Source: Lepidodermella squamata | Lineage: Eukaryota > Animalia > Gastrotricha | Assembly (NCBI GenBank): GCA_047495785.1 | Contig: JBLDXI010000054.1 | Span: forward strand, 310,001 to 374,000 | Direction: 5' to 3' | DNA length: 64,000 nt | In this document: positions 1 through 13,177 of the stretch, piece after piece | Numbering within the stretch: position 1 is the first letter of the stretch | How the letters are laid out: the number at the start of each line of letters is the position of its first letter | The notes under the pieces: model-generated | Databases searched by the model: none | What the model saw: only the letters and a program-made list of their open reading frames with translations | Told to the model about the DNA's origin: nothing | Program-made: the position numbers and the translations under genes

Positions 1-1628
1 CTCCTGGTACTTGCTTCAGCGACGTATATGTCCCAGGCTTGCGGGCTTTGATCGCCACTGGGAACATGAGGGTTAGCATCACAGCCCTTGGGAGCGCTGA
101 CGGCGATGTTTTGCTAAACAAGTTCTACCTGTTCAAGATCGGATGCGGGTCCAGTGGTTGTTACACAACATCATCACCTTCATCGGCTACATCTTCGATA
201 AGTAGCTCAACAACCCTAACAACAGAAGTTTCGGCAACCACGAGCTTAGCTGATAGTTTAACTTCACCAGTCACTTCAACAGGGAATCCTATAGCGAGTG
301 AGACATCGGCATTTGAATTATCATCGACCACCTCAGAATCCACGAGTACCAGTCTCGATAGTCCAACTGTTGACTCTACTTGGCTCAGTTCAGAATTGTC
401 AGGCCTTTCAACGTCCTCTGCCACAGCAACAACTCCATTGGGACAAAGTAGTTCGGGAACCCCTCAGATCTACAGCCTTTCTACAACCGCTGACCAAATT
501 GAGGGATACAGCGAGAACTCATGGTTCACAATGCCAGAGGTGATCAACGGGAACATTTACCCGTTAGTAAATTTCGAAGACCTCCTCCCGTGCACCTACA
601 TCAACCCGAATGTCATGGCCCCTGCTCCTGAAACTGAAATATACGCGACCTTCAGCACGGAAAAATTGATCGGCATAGACGTGATGAAGCAGCAACTGTC
701 GCTTCTCGCCTCTCTCCGCTTGCAATGGGTCGTTCGTACCTGCGATTGCAACTCGACGGCTCCTCATGCCGGCGATGAAGAACGCGTGTTCACAGCCGAT
801 GGTAAACGAGTTTGGAGGCCGAGTTTGATATCACCCAACAGCTCAGACGACATTTTCCTTTCAAGTCTCGACTACTCAGACAGGACAGATATTGTCTACA
901 TACCAACTCGACCGAATCGAACTCTTTATTTTCACTGGGTCCGATTCGGTGTTATTCAAAGTCACTGCGAACTGGATCTGCATAAATTCCCTTTCGATTC
1001 TCAGATTTGTGACTTCGTCTTCTTGATGGAACAGCCTCCTGAATTTCAAAAATTTGCCTCGCTAATCTTGAACGGCCGTGAGAACCTGAAAAGCGATATG
1101 TGGTGGGTTTCCCATGCACATTCAGAGCTTGGACTCACATCGTCTGTGATGCGGCAGAACAAATCATCAAGCTACATCGCTATCAAGCTTCGATTAGATC
1201 GAAACCCGACTTATTACCTTGTGAATATGTTGCCGCCTTGTCTCATAATAATGGCTCTTGTCTACGCATCTTTCATTCTACCACCTGATGACCCAAATCG
1301 AACAGCGTTCAGCGCAACCATTCTACTTTCGCTAACGGTCGCTCAGTCCACTGCGGCTGCAAGTGTCCCAAAAACCTCAGAGCCGATTCTGCTAGGGCAG
1401 TACATCTTCCTGCTAACTTGCATTACAGGTCTGATAACAATTTACGACTGCTGTGTATTAGCTTGGTCTCAAGCCGACGAAATTGCGTCACAAATAGTTA
1501 CTGAACCTTTTCTCCGCATTGTGCGAGGCATTAGGATGGTGAGAGCTATGGACCTGTCTACCCTTCTGCTTTCGATATCGCTGTTCCTAGCAACTAATTT
1601 GTACGCTTATTTCGTCATAATTTGCTAA
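1..1628 (+). CDS. Cys-loop (pentameric) ligand-gated ion channel subunit, non-alpha, with N-terminal Ser/Thr-rich stalk; 5'-partial
   Basis: Frame is open from base 3 (the TTG at 39 is not a true start). Loop A VWRPSL, Cys-loop CELDLHKFPFDSQIC, pre-M1 RLDRNPTYY, M1-M3 hydrophobic segments (LLSLTV, VPKTSEP), short M3-M4 loop and C-terminal M4. No introns in the visible part; AATAAA just after the stop. Confidence 0.9.
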   Translation, partial: PGTCFSDVYVPGLRALIATGNMRVSITALGSADGDVLLNKFYLFKIGCGSSGCYTTSSPSSATSSISSSTTLTTEVSATTSLADSLTSPVTSTGNPIASETSAFELSSTTSESTSTSLDSPTVDSTWLSSELSGLSTSSATATTPLGQSSSGTPQIYSLSTTADQIEGYSENSWFTMPEVINGNIYPLVNFEDLLPCTYINPNVMAPAPETEIYATFSTEKLIGIDVMKQQLSLLASLRLQWVVRTCDCNSTAPHAGDEERVFTADGKRVWRPSLISPNSSDDIFLSSLDYSDRTDIVYIPTRPNRTLYFHWVRFGVIQSHCELDLHKFPFDSQICDFVFLMEQPPEFQKFASLILNGRENLKSDMWWVSHAHSELGLTSSVMRQNKSSSYIAIKLRLDRNPTYYLVNMLPPCLIIMALVYASFILPPDDPNRTAFSATILLSLTVAQSTAAASVPKTSEPILLGQYIFLLTCITGLITIYDCCVLAWSQADEIASQIVTEPFLRIVRGIRMVRAMDLSTLLLSISLFLATNLYAYFVIIC

Positions 1629-2496
1629 TTGATAATAAACAGGTAGTTTGGAGTATTTTTCCAGATAATTGGACAATAAAATGGACTGAGTAATATTTAG
1701 TTATTGTAATATGCTTTTAAAAAACTCGGAGCAATGCAAGCAATGCAAGCCAGGTTCAACACAGCAGACTGAACTCGATTTATAATTCAGGCCCATGGAG
1801 ATTCCCAATTACCAGTCCTTATTTCCACCCAGCTAACTTCTGAATTGCGCGTTCATAATTGTCCATACTTATAGACTTACAAATTTATTCCAACTGGGAA
1901 CTGGATAGGATAATCAATACAATCGGTACAGAAGTCCATGTCTTTCAATATCTATGCTAAACGCGAATCGATGTGCGTTTTATGAACCCGTAACTACGAA
2001 AACTCACATGGGGCTTTAATTGCCCTTTAATTACAGCGCATTGTGATGAAAACCCGTCTGTGTTTAGAAAAGTGAACAATTCGAAAACAACTTGTGGTAA
2101 AAATTCGGAAAAAGACCACAATTAATTAACTAGTCATTTAAATACAAAAGATAAAATTATATAAAATTTTTCGGTTTACATCAAATCTGAGTTATCGCAA
2201 TTTAATGTTTGGGCAATCCACTTGTTTATTCGAAAATGTTTGTGCTTCACCGCGAAAAGGAAGATTTCAGAAGTTCGACTTCGCCAGAGTACACACTAAT
2301 TTCGGATATTTGAAATTTGAACTTCCGGACTCCTATATGAGCTGAATGCAATATTATAAGCTTGCGCGCTTTCGAAATGGAGCGACCTCATTAATTCGAT
2401 CGAGCGATAACTTTTCGTAACCTACACGGGATATGGCTAATCAAATGAGGTCGCAGGTCTCCCGGCAAGCTACGCTTTAGTGTACATGTTTTAAAG

Positions 2497-4870
2497 ATGA
2501 TTGCTAAGATAGCACTCCTCCCCTTCGCGCTTCTTCCGCTAAGTCTAGCTATGAAGCAAGTCATAACATCGAAAATGGACAATTCCAAGTCCTCAATTAG
2601 GCCAAAGATAAGTTTACTCTTCGAAGTAGCTTACAGCGGCCCAATAGGCAGCGGGAATTTGGCTACTGAAGCGATTCAAATCGCCCTTGATCGACTGCGT
2701 TCAATGCAGAACTGGCTACCAAATTATGACGTTGAATTCGAGTTTATTGACGATCAAGGCGAAGATGCTGTTTCGATTTATGAGTTCGTCAAGCGATTGT
2801 ACTTCGATGCGGATTCAGAGGCTAGTTTTCCCCTGATGGCTCTACACGAGGCTGCAACTCGACCTCAAGAATTGCAGGCTTTGATGCTCAAACCCCTGAA
2901 TTATATTGGCGTAAATCAAAGAATTTCCACGGCATAAAATGATCTTTCATTTATTTTAGGTGGCAAACTATATCAGCTCGCTCAAGCTGACTACCGATCG
3001 ATTCAAGTATTCTAATTTTTTCGGGCTTGGAGAGAGGGCAGATTACTTCAGCGCCGGGGTCGCTAGTTTTGTTCGAAAAATGAATTGGAATACGGTAGGA
3101 ATAGTCTCAGAAATCGATCCAACCTGGAATGTGTTCGACCGATGGTTTGTCCAATATTTTGAAGCTAATCATGTCAAAATCGCCCAGCTTTCGAAATTTT
3201 GGTTGGAAGATTCCCAGAGCACAGATGATGCGTTCACCGAGCTTAAGTCCAGTAAATCTCGTATCATTTTAGCTGTTACATGGGACAACGTTTTTGCTAG
3301 CTGTTGGCTACATCGATTCGGCCTCTTCGGACCTAATTTCGTCATAATTTTCGGAGCCTGGTTACAGTTTGATGAAAATTCTCCAATCCCGGAACATCTG
3401 CACTGGTGTAATCAATCATCAATTATTGAAGTTTTAAAGAGCTCTTTCCTTTACGTTGATCGAACCCTAGAGGATGCGTATGGAGTTAGTTCAACGAAAG
3501 ATGTGACTGGTTTCTCTTCAAAAGAACTTGAGAAAGAAATGAGCTTAAGATTCAATGAATATCACACTTCCCCAGTTCCTTACCCATTTTATGAGCGAAC
3601 CCTTTTCATGGGCCTCATTCTCAACCATACAGAGGCAATTCTTAATATAAGAGGCCAAACTCTATCGAATTGGACGACAAACAAGGCCTTGTTCCAGCAA
3701 AATGGATCGAAAATCGTTTCTGTAATGAAAGAGGCTGTGTTAAGGACTGAATTCACTGGTTTGAAAGGAATCTACAAATTCGACCCTCATACTATGCTTT
3801 CAGTGGGAGGTCAGCCAATTGCGTTTTCCCAGATTAAATTCGAGAATAACCAATCCGTTCAGTGCGTTGGGGCCAACTATCTATCCTGGTTGAATGATTC
3901 TATTGTTATGAAGGCTGACTGCCCTTTTGTCTGGCAAACCAAGTCGAAGCTGCCTCCGAGGGGTGAAATTTCTGTTATCGAGGTTAAGCAATCCCTTTTG
4001 ACTAGTGAAGCTGATATAGCTCTCAAGACTATTGCCGGCATTCTCATTGCAGTCCATTTTTGTCTGTTTTTCACTAATAGAGCCGAAACCACTTATCTTA
4101 GGAGAGTGGGTATCTTCGGGAATATCCTCATGGTCAGTCACGTTTTTCTGATACCTTCAAGTTGGTCAGAGGATATTGGGAAATACTTCTCAGCCCTGAT
4201 TTTTCTGGTAATCTCAGGATTTTCAACAATATGGATAGCGACCTTTTTTGGACTTGAAACTCTTCATACTCAGGTTCGTAGCGTGGCGAAATTGTGTGTT
4301 CGCTTTTCGGACCAGCAGCGAATAGCCGTTAAACTCCATTCAGTAGTTAAAAAATTGAGCTCAAAGCAAATTTTTATTGCAACAGTGATTTTAGCTGCGA
4401 TACATGCGATTTTTACTACAATTTTGCTGGCCCTAAACCCAATTCGGAAGCTAAACGTTCTAGCTCAAGTCATTTCGATTCCTGACGAAGATGTATTGCT
4501 GCGAATCATCCGAAATGAAGTCTCAGTTCTCGCTTCTCTAACAGCTTCGAATGGAGAGAAAATCATGATGTCCATCATAATTACTCCACTGATTTTGATA
4601 ATCATTAGATCGGTGTACTTGGCGAAGCAACGCGGCATTCATGGTAACAAGCCGCTGGCATTTTGCACGTTCTGCTCCGCCAGTGTCATTGTTGGCGGAA
4701 TTCTGGTTGCTGTAACACAGGCCTCGAATGGCCGGAATCTCATGATTTCAGTGTCATCAGTTGTTCTCTGCCTGAGTTTCATCAATGCTATTACCTTTGC
4801 TTCCGGCTTACCAATGCGATGTTTTCGTCATATTAATAGGCGACGGGTAACTAGTTCTACGCCAAAATGA
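2497..4870 (+). CDS. Class C GPCR, divergent GABA-B-receptor-like (Venus flytrap + 7TM); exons 2497-2910 and 2960-4870, ~774 aa
   Basis: Signal peptide MIAKIALLPFALLPLSLA; ANF-receptor-like motifs (AIQIALDRL..WLPNY, DRFKYSNFF, MNWNTVGIV, SKSRIIL, FTGLKGIYKFD); 49-bp phase-0 intron 2911-2959 (gtaaat..ttttag) joins the two ORFs in frame; multiple C-terminal hydrophobic helices; no Cys-rich domain. Confidence 0.8.
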
Positions 4871-7800
4871 GATTGCCTAACAATCCTACCTAGCCTCGGA
4901 CACAATAAGTTGCTTTGGAATGAGAATTGCAGGTTCAGGGTCAGGATGTGCCAAAAAGGATAATCCGATTGATTCATGGATGAACCATCTCCAATAATGA
5001 TATTCTCTATCTATGATTCATTAGGTATCACTCCAAGCCTCCGAATCATTGAGTGTTAATTTGGACTGAGCAATAAAGGATTCGTGAGTGTGAAAAATTG
5101 GTGTGATAAAGGGTTGCAGCTCTAAATCAAGCTTTCATCAGAAAGTTAAGTACAGACAGCCATCTCCTAAGTCTGAGTACAGACCCAAACCAAGTTGGTA
5201 ACTTCATGTTAAAAGAACTTTTAACAGGCCCAAGGCTGGAGCCAACTAAACTGAGTAACTATAATGGTCAGATTACGGGTTAGTTTCGAAACCGGGTTGC
5301 TCAAAAAGATCTCCTGGGAATTGCACGTTTTTCTCATTCGAATTGCTCATTTGAACATTTTCCTAAATATTTCAATGAATTTTCTAAAACCAGCCGTCAT
5401 CCCTGAGACCAATGAAGCGTGGAAATATTAGAGTCCGTGCAAAACACTTGGCATTTGGCCAATAAATAAGTATCGCCCTCTTGTCATTGCTGTGTCCGCC
5501 ACTCACTCACTCGCTCGTTGGAGGAAACTAGGTCACGCAAGTAACGCATTACGCACACAGGTAGCGCAAGTAGGTGCTTATACGCGCATTTGTTTGCCCA
5601 ATGGCCTTGTTATTCCGCCACGCCGCGCCGGCCGCCGCTGCACAGCAGAAATATGTCCGCCGACTTCCGCAGTTTTACGCGTGTTTGCTTGCCGCCAAAC
5701 GTCGGCGCCGCGATGTAATTACACCGCGCACAGATACAAAATGGGACGCGGCGGCTAAACCTCAACGGCTCAAAACTTGTTTTTGTTTTTCAGGCCACAA
5801 AAGCCAAGTTTTTCACTCTATCTCTCTGTCAGAGAGCGGCAAATTTACTGTGGAGTGATTTAATTAAACTTTTTTCATTTTGATGAGCAGTTGTCTCTCA
5901 TAAAAATGTGAATAAAATTTCAATTGATGTGAGTCACCTTAAAAATTAACTCACGCATGGCTAAAATTCATCATTAATTATTTCAATATTTTTCCGTCGA
6001 AATTTCAATTTTTTAAGTGGGTTAATTTTTTTTAATATTTTACATAAAAATATTAATTAGCGATCGTTTTCGCATTGAGTCGCGCAATCTCGATACTACG
6101 TTATATTAATAGCGGCCAGCTATGTTTAATTAATCGCAGGTGATAACAATAACAGCCGCACGCACTGATGTAGCATATATTGAAGGTAATAAAGCGCCTC
6201 TTGTAATAATAATTAATAATTATTACCTATAATTGTGTCAAATTTGTTTGTTCAACGCGCGCATAATAACGCCTCTAATACATAACCGGCTTACAATAAT
6301 ATTATCAAATTATTAGCGTCCATCTTATAACCACACGTCAAAAATGTTATATTATGCTATCAAAAGACTTTTACCACACAACCGGTATCCAAGCTAAGGC
6401 TTATAATATAACCAGTGCAGTGTTTTATCATTCGGCTCCTGAAACTGAAAGTGACATTAAATGCGCGAGATGACCCTTATCTGGCCAGCGAGCGTATTAT
6501 TATTATTATTATTGCTGCATTATAACCGCTAGTTTTGGCGTCGTCGCTGTGTGCCGCGGATAAACACGGCGGGATGATTTTGGCGTGTTGACATTATTAT
6601 AGGAACTCTAATACACCACAGGATTACCAGGCATGATATCGTTATTAGTACACAGTAGCCGAAAATTGCAAAAAAAATCAGCGATTTTGTTTATTACGCA
6701 ATAAAAAATTTCTCGCGTGCGCGTAAAATTAAGGCGGCTGTTCAAGTGCGCGCGGGTCGGATGTGCGCGCGATTAATTGCCGTTAAACACGCGACAACAA
6801 TTATTCGAATATTATTATTCCGCGCGCGCAACTTTTGTTCTATTGATAGAGAAGCAGCTCGCACCTCAATTAAATGCTGCTGTGGATTTAGTGCCTTAAT
6901 GTTTGGTCAAATCTCACATCAGGCAAGGCAAGTAGTTAGCAACACGTCCCATTTTAATGTTGGGAAAATTTATTTTAAATAGCTAAACAAATCCCGGTTT
7001 TTTTCAGGAAAGTAATGTCAATGTTGTCAAAATGTGTGACAGCGCATATGGTTAATGGTGTGTAAGGTAATGTGAGAAATTTCTGCCATTAACTTTTTGA
7101 AGCTAATTAACAGCTATATTCATGCACTGTTTTTAGGATTTTATTGTCTAGAGCCATGGAAAAAATATACAAAATGTCTTGACATTTCCTTTGTATTTCC
7201 TAGGGACTTTTCCTAATTTAGAAATTATTTTTGATCATAATAAATTTAATCGGAGATTTTTCGAAATTAATCTAAGCCGCGAAAATCCGAAAAATAATTT
7301 CACAACTTTAGCGGTGATTTTTCGAATAATTGAAGCGGTCCTAATAATTTATTGGACCCCTATTTTGAATATTCAGCTCTTAATAAATGCGGGAATTTTA
7401 CTGCTAATTATTATATATATAAATTTCTTCTATAAGGCTTTGAAATTCGAAAAATATAAACAAGTGAATACAAAATAATTATCAATAATGATCAATTCGA
7501 TTTTGCCTCATCTTGGTTGCGCTATTTTTTGTTCTTTTCAAAGCTTATCCTTAATTCTTAATTTTTCAGATTATTTAAACATTTTAGGAGAATAATTTTC
7601 AAATTAACTGAATTTTCCTGAATTTTAGAAATTTTATTTCCGCGATTAAAGCTGTTTTCACTTCACCAAGTACGAACCACCTGAGGACGTTGTTATCACA
7701 TAATTTGCCCGAGGACCGTTTTATTACGCTCCTCGTATTAACGCATGGTAATTTTCACACCTGAACGCTGTTTTACACCCTATCTATCTCGTATCTTTAC

Positions 7801-10800
7801 GCGCTCGTTCAACTGGTTGACTGCACCTGGCCGCAATTAGCATCACATGTCTCATCTTTCAGCAGAGTAAAAGCATCTCCTACTCGCCCACTTGATCTCA
7901 CTCGGCCATCAAAACGGCAGCTCGGCCATTTAACGCCGCGGTAAAAATAGCGAAACGGTGCCAGTTTTTCTAACATCGCACCTTATTGCCATTTGCGAAA
8001 CGATGATGATGATGAGAGAAAAGGGGCCACTTTATTTACCCCGTTTATTTTCACCGCACACACACGCATATAACCATGTGTTTTTCGCGTAAACGATGCT
8101 TCTGTTTAGCTGCGATATAAAAGAAAACGCGAAACAGGTAAAACTCCTTTTTATTTCCGCCGCAAGTGATAAGTCGTGTCTACCTTAATATTTTTCGCGT
8201 ATTTCAAGTCATATACTAGGTTAACCTACAAATCTCGCTCGTTATTTTGATACAGGTCTTGAAATGCGTGAAAAATTTTTGTTAATAGCCGCTTTTCAGT
8301 TGATAACGGGTGGGAGCGTGCCCCGATTTAAATTACCCTGACCCAGATTAAATGGTAATAGTGCGTGACCCGGATTTATTATTACACGGCGATTTCTGGC
8401 CCGCAGTCGATCGGCGGCGGCTGCGCGGCTTAAATATGGCTCAATTAATGCCTGGCCGGGTGGGCCGCGAAAGATTAATCCCTGTTGCTCTGCTCAGACG
8501 TAAATACGCATCTTATACTTCTTCTTTATCTCGTGGGCGTTGTGTATGATGGTAAAAATAACAATGCGCGCGGGAATCCGTACCCGGTTTATTACATACC
8601 CCAGCACACCTTTTACCTACGTTGCCGGAAAAAAATACCTGTATTAATGTTATTTTTAGCCGCGCCTTACATTTTCTGACAAGGCGGGAAAAATCTCTTC
8701 ACCCGCAAACACATACAAGTTGAAAAATAATGTAAATAAATGTTATTATTTAGGTATGCTTCGTCACTTTTGCCAGCAGTGAGATGTACACAACACAACA
8801 GAGCGTCTTCTTATGCCTTATACGGTCATTTTTATTAGTACCTCGAGCAAAATTTGCTGTGATTTACCTCTCAGGTCATCTTTTTTTCTCACCTGTGGGC
8901 TGTGTTTTTATTGACTTGTGATGAAGCACAGCACAGCTACTGCTCAATTAGGTACTTGTTGTATAGGTATTATTTATTTAAACTAGGCATACCTACCTAT
9001 TGAAAGTGATAATAGTGTCATCATCATCACGCTCGTTCTGTTTTGTCGGCTTCATTTCAGGTACTCGCGCGTCTCGCTTTATGTTTAGGACATTTTTCAG
9101 CGATAGCATAGGTAGCTTTCGGACAGGAAATTTAGTGCAATTTTAGCTCTAATTTTACAATACACTTTTTAAGACTCGGATATTATTACTTTTTAAAGGG
9201 GAATTTTTTAGGTCAATTTCAGGTTGCTAATATAAAAATTATCTATCTAATTTGAGCTAATATAAAATTTGAGAAATCTATCTTAAAATTTGTGATTACT
9301 GATTTTTTATAAGAAAATAACAATTTTTTGGTTTTTCGAAATTTAAGCAGGATTTTTTATTTCGCCCTTTTTGCGGTGATAAACTATTTTTTCGCGCTAT
9401 AATTTTGTTTCGCCTTCTTGCGATATTTTGCTATCAATCGAAAATCCGTTATATCTCTAGTATTTTTTCTCGCATTATTTTTCACGCATTATAAAATATA
9501 TTTGCGGTTTTTATGATTGACGCAATAAGAAGTATATTCTCACAGAATTTGATGGTGTGAAATAAAATTCAATAACAGTCGAATCTTGGCCGGCGCGAGG
9601 CCGAGTAATATTTACGTAGACAACAACGGCGCGTCTCGCCTTATTATTGCATTACTATATATAGGCGGTATACCAAATACCAAAGCAGCGGGTCTATAAT
9701 CATTATCAACTACTGACTATGGCCAGTGGAATTCGGCCGCCGGACAGTCACTGCTGCTGAAAGATATAGGCGCCGGCGCGCCGCCATCACTCAAATATTT
9801 GCGCGTTGACCCTTTTTGCGCAATTTCATTATTAGGTGTGTGCGTGCGCGTTATTATTATTATTGTTACAAAACTGCATGACACCATTTTCACATGTCAA
9901 AATGCGATTTTTTCGAATTTTTTCACGTCATTAGAGACGTATATCATTCGACTCACCGTTATTCCCCGAGTCTACTCGCAAGCATCCTGAAAATGAGAAA
10001 AAAATCAGTTTTTACTTGTCAAAGCCTGGTAGCTATTCTTCCTGAATTAATTTGCGGCCAGGTATTTACGCAGCTTATTTAATTATTTATTCATTAATTT
10101 TCCGTGAGTTTAGGCACGTGAAAAAATTGTAATTTTTCTCGCACGTGTTTGAAAATATGTTGCATAGGCTAAAAACGCGTAAATTAAGGTGAATTAATCC
10201 GATTTAAGACTTCCATCAAAGGGCCACGGCTCATTGAGCCCAGGCCATTAGGGTAATCGTTGAAAATGTCTTGACACGATTATTATTTCTTTTGTTTCGA
10301 AGTAGGAATTACTCATATTTTACATTTTAATATTTAGGCCACGATATATTTTTGAAATTTTTTTATTTTGATGGGGAACAAATCTAGCAATATTTTTAGA
10401 AAAATTCGAACGATTACATCTTTAATGTAAATTTTTTCAAGTGCTTCTTAAATATTGTCGCACCTAATTTTCCACTTTATTTGCCGATTGCTTCGCTATA
10501 CACGCCGCCTTGCTTTTGTCAATCCAGCAATGCCCAGTGTCCAGCGTGTAATTTTCTAAGCGCTTTATTATATTACACCCTTGTATTTGTTTTGTATAAT
10601 AACAAGCTATAAATAAATAGCCGTGCAGTAAAAAAGGCCGGAATAATGCGCGCTCACGCTCGAACGTGTGATTACTCGTGCTGTAATATGACAAGTTCAC
10701 ATTGCGTTCGACCGCTATTTTAGCGCTCTCGCACTTTGCTAATAAAATATTAGTAGCAATGCGATTATGGCAGTAGAAATAAAATGCCCAGTAATAGCCA

Positions 10801-13177
10801 CGCCGGTTTTTTCGGCCGAAGTATGACCAGTCGCGCTGCTTATTGCATTACATCATCTTGTCTTTATATTGAATTATGCGATAAAATAAAATGTTTATCG
10901 GCTATTTTTGTTTGTATTTCGCGACGACAACGGGTGAGCACTGAAAATGGCCGCTTTTTCCTCTCAAAATCTCGAGTGCTGCATTCTGAAATTTCCACAA
11001 AATTTTCACAAAGCAACCCAATTTCAAAAATAGTTCAGCAAATATTTAATGAGTTCAAAGACATTTCAGTGCTAATATTTGTCATCATATATATCATGTA
11101 CAAGGATGCGTCTATGATAGTAATAAAAAACTAAAGCTCGAGAGAGCGTAAAAAACGCGCACACATTAGAAAAAACCAACTCGACTCGTTAATTTATATG
11201 CGCCTAAATATGTCAAGTGAAAATGGGCTATTACGAAATTTTTTCACGTTACAAAAGACATGCATCAATCGATTCACCTCGTTGAGCTCATCAGTTTGAT
11301 ATAGGCCGGAAAATACGCGAATTTTTTAAGAAAATCGTCCATTTTAGGCTGGATTGTTGGTTTATAATCTTTATTTCTCTACCGAATTGCCTACTGTCAC
11401 ACGCTCGTTACGCGACGCGATGATGCGTATTAGTACATCAGTAGTATAGGCGTGTTTATTTTTCATTATTTTTGCCATTCGCTATATACACATATTCGTC
11501 GTATAGCACGAGAAGCGTGTGTTTTTTCGCGTTCATAATTTTTTTAAATAATCGCTGGTTAAAACCCGGCGAAAAATACGTGTACCGGCTGTTGTTGTCT
11601 GCTGCTATAGTATTTATCCTTGTTAACTTTTCTATTTATTATGATTTTTTACATTATATTTACCAGTAATAATACTAATAATAATAAGCATCAGTTCAGA
11701 ATCGCTCACCTCATACGCAGTGTATAAGAAACCGGCGTTGGTTTTTTTTTTGCTGCCTTTATTTCTCAGGTCGACTTTTTTCCACTCAGCCTTTTGATGG
11801 ATTTTTAGCTACAGTAATTTTTTTGCGTTATATAGAGAGCCGACTACTGGATTTTTTACTCACCCTGCGTATATAGCATATAAGATGGGGCGTATAAATT
11901 GGCTGCTAAAATTGTTTCGATACAATTTTTATTGCTTACAATATATATATTGCGGGCCCTTGGGGGGCTGTGCTAAATGCAATAATAATAATAATAACGC
12001 GCATCTTTCATGTGCTATCAATATTTTGCTATGAAATTGCATGCTGATGCATGCGGTTATTTCTCTCCTTAAATTTATACGAAAAATATTTTAGCGTTAG
12101 TTTGTGGTTAATGTTATGAGAAACTCCCAGCTTGAAAGATTCCTTAGATATTTTAAGGAATTTTTATTTTATCTAATTTTTCTCTTCCTTATAATTTTTT
12201 TTGGAACAGTTACGCTTTTTAGGGTTCAAATTCGATAGAGCACGTGCCTGTTTTTTCATTCATTCATTCTTCTTCTCATCCGGGATTTTTGTAGGATTAT
12301 TTACTCATGGTTCTCCATTGAATTCACTATCGAATCTTTTGACCTTGAAGAGGTTGAAATACTATTGCTTGGAACCTTGAGCTGCTTCGCTTGCTCTGCT
12401 AATAAATTCTATCTTCTAGATAAAGATGAATCTGAATTATAAATTTCGAGTAATTTGTTATTCAAAAAAAAATTAATATAAACATTCATTTAAGCTTATT
12501 CCAAAATCAGTAAAAATCAGAGCAAGATTAGTGAGACCAGAATTTCGGAATTTTCTTTCGGAATTTCTTTGGATAATTTTTTCTAATTTTTTTAGGTAAT
12601 TCAAAAATACTAGAAATTCAAAAATTAGGAATGGGGCAGTTTAATTTTTCAGGAATTATTTTCCCATGAATTTCCCATTTTTAAAAGGTTTTCTAGAACT
12701 TTTCCAAAAAAATATTTCCATAATTTAGCTAGAGCAGTTGAGCTCAAGGTAACCTTGGAAAATTTGAGCTTGAGCTTTTAGAAAATTTAATTTTTCGCCA
12801 TTCACTTCCCCGCCTCTTCAGCTTTCGTTTGGCATTTATTTCAGGGTGATTAGAGTGAAATTCGAATTTTTGTAAAAAGGAGAAGTCAAGTCGTCGGAAA
12901 ACGGGTAATTTTGGAAAAAAAAAATCATATATAATTTCATCCAGGTAAATCATAAATTTCAAATTTTCTAAGAAAATCAGGAATATTTTTAATTTTTTAA
13001 AAATTCAGAATATTTCATTAACTAATTTTTAATTTTAGAAAAAAATGGCTATTGATAATTTTTTTTCATGTTGTCTAGAAATTATGTAATAACTGTGAAA
13101 TTTAATTTATATTATGGAACTCGATCAATCTTGAAGTCACATCCGAAATTTCAAAAATCAAACTAAAAAACTCAAAA

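Noticed and set aside
5492-12962. Short ORFs in the long non-coding region
   Set aside because: Low-complexity translations, no motifs and no consistent exon chain.
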